From positions 124,001 through 188,000 of the forward strand of contig QPMI01000657.1 in assembly GCA_004431415.1 (NCBI GenBank): 64,000 nucleotides of DNA, in the 5' to 3' direction. The first letter of the stretch is position 1; each line of letters opens with the position of its first letter. Source of the DNA: Cyanophora paradoxa CCMP329 (lineage: Eukaryota; Plantae; Glaucophyta). Under the pieces are notes generated by a model. The model was not told the DNA's origin, searched no databases, and saw nothing but the letters and a program-made list of their open reading frames with translations. A program made the position numbers and the translations under genes. Below are positions 59,730 to 64,000 of this stretch, piece by piece.

Positions 59730-62700
59730 ATGGCGGCAGCCGCGCCGGGCCAGGGCGCCGACGTCGACGGCGACGACGACGCATACGATCATGAGGAGCC
59801 TCAGGAGGAGGAGGAGCCGCTGAGCCCGAGGCGCTCCCTCGTGCGGGCGGCGGCGGGGGACGATGTGGCGCGGCTCGGGTGCGCGCGCGCGCTGCCTCCA
59901 GCGCCAGCCGCGCCTAACTCTGCGAGTGCAACCGCAGGGAGCTCCTGGCAGGCAAGAGCTCAGACGCCGCATCGCTGTCGGCGGCCGGATACGCGGCCGC
60001 GGAGGCCGGAGCCCTGGCCGCTCTCAGGTGCGCCCCCAGTGGCGCTCCGCGCACGTAGCCGGCACGCACGTGCGGTGCAAACGCACATGCACAGCTGCAA
60101 TCTCGCCCCCGCGCGCTCGGGCTCGGCTTCTTTAGCGCCCAGTACTAGTCCAATTGCAATCCGCCCGCCGCCTGATCATGAGTCGCCGCCCGCGGCAGGG
60201 CCCTGGCCGCCGCGGGACTGGACCTTACCGCGCCGGTCTCGCGGCTGCCGGAGCCGGACCCTTGGACGCGCGCCCTCCGGCAGGAGCCCCCCGCCCCGCC
60301 GATCCGCCTCGCCGCGGGGCGCGGCCACGCCGCCGCCGTGCGCGAGCTCGTGGAGCTCGGCGCCCGCCTGGACGGGTACACGGATCCTTCGGGTCGCCCT
60401 GAGCCCTCCCCCCTCCACGCCGCCGCCGCGGGGGGGTACGCCGACCTCGTGAGGCTGCTCCTTGACCTCGGCGCCGACATCGAGGTACCCCCGCCCCCTT
60501 CACCCCCCGGCCCACAGGTCCTGAGCCGGGCGCAGGCGAAGGACGAGTGGAGCCGCAGCCCGCTGCTGGTGGCGGCGGGGGGCGGCCACCGGGATCTGAA
60601 CGCGGCGCCGGCCTGCCACCCCGACGCCTTCCTGACCCTGGCCGAGCGCGGCGCCGACCTGAGGGCGACAGACTACGCTGGGCAGGGGGTGCTCCGGTGC
60701 CCCGCCATCCTCTCCCACGAGCGCATCATCCGGTGCGCGCGGAGGGGGGTATGCCTTCAGGGGAGCCCGACGGATTTCGGGGGTACAGGTTCCTGGAGTC
60801 GAAAGGCCTGCCGGCCGCCCGGAGCGCGGCCAAGGGGCCCTGGGGCAAGGACTCCCCGCCGCTCGTGCGGGCCGCCGAGAGGGGGGATACCGCCTCCGTC
60901 GAGTGCGTACCCCCTCCCCCCTCCCCCTACCCCCCCGCCCTTGCCTCACGTCCCGCGAGGTTCCTGCTGGGGGCCGGGGCGAGCGCGGACGCGAGCGACC
61001 GGGGCGAGTGCCGGACGGCGCTCTTTGCCGCGGCGGCGGGGGCGCACGCCGGCGCGGCGCGGCTGCTGGCGGAGGCCGGGGCGAGGCTCGACGCCCCCTC
61101 CCGCGCCCTCGTGCCGCCGGCGAGGGCCGAGCCGTATCTCTGGGAGGCGGTGCTGGACGCGGAGGAGGGGGACCCGGCGGACCCGCGCGCCCCCTTCCGG
61201 GCCTCCCCCGACCACGAGGAGCCCAGGGAGGCGAGCGTTCCCCCGCGCCCCTCCGAAGCAGCAGCCTCACGCCGGCCTCGGATGGGCGCTCCTGACGCGC
61301 GGGCGGCAGGTGGCGGCGCGGGCGGTGGAGGCGGCGGCGGGGGCGGGCAGCGTCGAGATCGTCGGCCTCCTCCTCGACCGGGTGCGGCGCGGCCCGGCGC
61401 CCCCGCCGCACTCGAAGAGCCGAAGGCAGAGGCAGAGGCTGAGGCGCCCTCGGACTCGCCTTCTTCGCTCGCAGGGGTGCGACGCGGCGGACCTGAAGGC
61501 GCGCCGCCCGATACCGGCCCCCTCCCCCGCCCCGATCTCGGGCCGGCCCCGGCCGCTGACCGCCTCGCTGCAGGGCCGCCTCGCGCAGTTCTCGGCGCTG
61601 CAGTTCGCGGCGATGGGCGGGCACGCCCCCGTCGTCCGCCTCCTCCTCGGGCGCTGCCCGTCCCCGCCCGAGGCGCGCCGCGGGCCCTACGCGAGCCCCC
61701 TCGAGATCGCGGCGGCCGGCGGGCACGCCGAGGCCCTCGCGCTGCTCCTCGAGCGCTGCGCCGCGCCGCCGGCCGGCCTGCTCGACGTCTGCCTCGCCCT
61801 CGCCGCCCGCGCCGGCTCCCCCGACTGCGCCCGGTGCGCCGCGCTGCCGGCCTCCGATCGCGACCCGGTGCCTTCCCTTCCCTTCTCTGACGCGCAGCCG
61901 TCGCCGTCGCTGGCGCAGGCTGCTGCTGGAGCGGGGGGCGCGCCCCTCGGCCCGCATCGTCGACGCCGCCGACAGGGGCAAGGAGCGCGGCGTCGGCGGC
62001 CCTGCCACGGCCCTCCTGATCACGGTCCGGTCCCCTCGTCTGCTCCAAGCTTAAATTAAACGTAGAGCCTGATTCGGGGCAGACGCCGCTGCTGGCGGCG
62101 TGCGCGCGGGGCCACTACGAGTGCGCGGCGCTGCTGCTCGAGCGGGGCGCGGACGCGCGGGAGGCGGCGGCGCGGCGGGAGGGCCCCGGCGGCCTCGCCC
62201 CGCTCCCCGCCGCCCTGGAGGGCCTGGGGCTGGCCGAGGACGGGCGGGAGGAGGCGGGGCGCTCGGCCCTGGAGCTCGCGGCGGCCGCCGGCTCCGCGCG
62301 GCTCGTGCGGCTCCTCGCAAGGCACGGCGCCCCCGCCGAGCGCCCCGCGCCCCGGAGCCCGAGCCCGACCCCGCGAAGCCAAAGCCGAAGAGGCAGGCGC
62401 CGCCGCCGCCGCGGTGCGCGCACAGCTCGGCGCTGGGGCTCGCCGTCGCGCGCGGCCACGCGGCGGCGGCGCGGGCGCTGCTCGCCCTGGGGGCCGACCC
62501 CGCGAACCCCCTCGCCCTCGCCTGGCGCGACCCGAGCCGCGGCTTCTACGGGCCGGGGCCCGTCAAGGGCCGCTCGGCCCTGCAGGCCGCCGTGCAGCGG
62601 CGGGACCTGCCGCTCCTCGTGGCGCTGCTCGAGCGGCTCGGGCCGGACGGCGGCGAGGCGAAGCGGGCCGCCGTGTGCCTCACGGGGGACGACGGGCAGA

Positions 62701-64000
62701 GCTGCCTCTACCAGGTCCTCGCCGGGGAGGACGGCCGCCGCTCCGGGGCCGGAAAGGGCGGCGCCGCATTTGCGGCCGAGGCCCCGCGGCTGCTGCTGGC
62801 GGCGGGGGCGGATCCCTTCCGCGTGGAGAACGCCCCCGAGCGGGGCGAGGCGCGGGGCAGGCGGCCCGAGAGCTGCCTCGCCCGCGCCGCCGCCGCCGGC
62901 CCCGCCGGGACCGCCCTCCTCCGGCGAGCCCTCCCCTTCCTCCCTTTCTCTCGTCCGCCTCTCATCCCGGGCCGCTCCCAGGGCGCTGAAGGACGCCGGA
63001 GTGGCGGCCCCGCGGACCCCCGACTCGACGGCGGCCCTCGCCGCCGCCGTCTCCGCACGCTCCCTCGAGTTCGTCAGGTGTGCCCCAGGCGCCCTCGCCT
63101 CTTTAGTTCGAACTCTGAAGTTACCTCCAATCTTTAGGCTGGCGCTGGAGCTGGGCGTCTGCCCCTCGTTCGCCCTTCTCGGCGAGGAGGCCATGCGGGG
63201 CCGCGGGGCGGAGACGCCGCCCCTCCTCGCCGCGGCGATGTGCCTGCGGCGGGGCAACCGCGGGGCCGACGCCGAGGCCCCCGACGAGCAGCAGGCCGCC
63301 GAGTGCCCTCCACCCCTTTCCCTCCAATCTACGTCTCCGCCTGACTTCCCTTATAAATTAGCGCGCTGGAGATGGCGCGGCTGCTGCTGGAGGCGGGGGC
63401 GCCCCCCGACGAGGCGGCCCCCGAGCAGGAGTCCGGCTGGGGCCGGCGCAGCGACGAGCCGCGGACGCCCCTGCAGGCCGCCCTCGAGTCGCCGCTGGGC
63501 CTGCCCCTCGCCGAGCTGCTCATGGCGCGGGGCGCCCCGCTGGACGCCGCCGCCCTCCGCTACGCCGTCCGCTCGCGCTTCGAGCCCCTCGCCCGCGCCG
63601 TCTTCGCCCGCGCCTCCCCCGAGACCGTGCGTGCACCCCCTCAATTATTCGGGTCTCGGCCGGACTCGAACCCGCGGCCTCGGATTCGAAGATGGCGGAG
63701 TTTGTGCGGGGGGCGCCCAAGGCGGCGGCGGAGCTGGTGAAGGGCATCCGCATGGAGGACCCCAGCCCGCTCCCCGTCCTCCAGGCCCGCCCCAAGAATC
63801 GCGGCATGATTTGTTTTGAGTGATCTGTACCCGGCAGGTGCTGCGGGAACTGGCCGGGGACGGCGTGCTGGGCCACGGGCAGGTCCTCCTCCAGGTCGGC
63901 CCCGCCCTCGGAATTAGATCTCGCGGGTGGCTATGGCTCCCCGGCCCGGCTGCTCTGTATCTGATCGCATCTATACACCCCGGGGCGGGGCGGCAGGTGG
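59730..64000 (+). CDS. Ankyrin-repeat protein (multi-exon; ends near or beyond the window end)
   Basis: SPLHAAAAGGYADLVRLLLDLGADIE, DEWSRSPLLVAAGGGH, SALQFAAMGGHAPVVRLLL, GRSALQAAV. Confidence 0.8.

Overview
GC-rich eukaryotic genomic DNA with many short (~40-90 nt) GT-AG and GC-AG introns. The raw ORF track is therefore mostly misleading, and the genes below were rebuilt by hand. The source is probably a flagellated protist or alga (inference). The left half (1-32 kb) is repeat-rich. It holds a convergent pair of spliced genes that both end in a related SAM domain (PLAC8-SAM and claudin-like-SAM) and hAT MITEs with 8-bp TSDs. It also holds a TSD-bounded, 5'-truncated L1/Tx1-type LINE (7737-14025) whose 3' 4.4 kb carries two divergent intron-containing genes, one with tandem RNase H1 hybrid-binding domains. 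A second LINE (17345-29091; APE remnant-RT-RNase H-CCHC-Ulp1 protease) is flanked by a ~2.85-kb direct duplication and interrupted by a nested 2.9-kb non-autonomous retro-insert. The right half (32-64 kb) is gene-dense: a MORN-repeat RSPH10B-like gene, a CreA-family gene, an F-box/LRR gene, a kinase-like/HhH/ARM gene, proC and two head-to-head ankyrin-repeat genes. The F-box/LRR gene encodes an internal ubiquitin C-terminus fused directly to a histone H3 tail (LRLRGG-ARTKQTARKSTGG). All domain calls come from motif recognition by eye; no database search was run.
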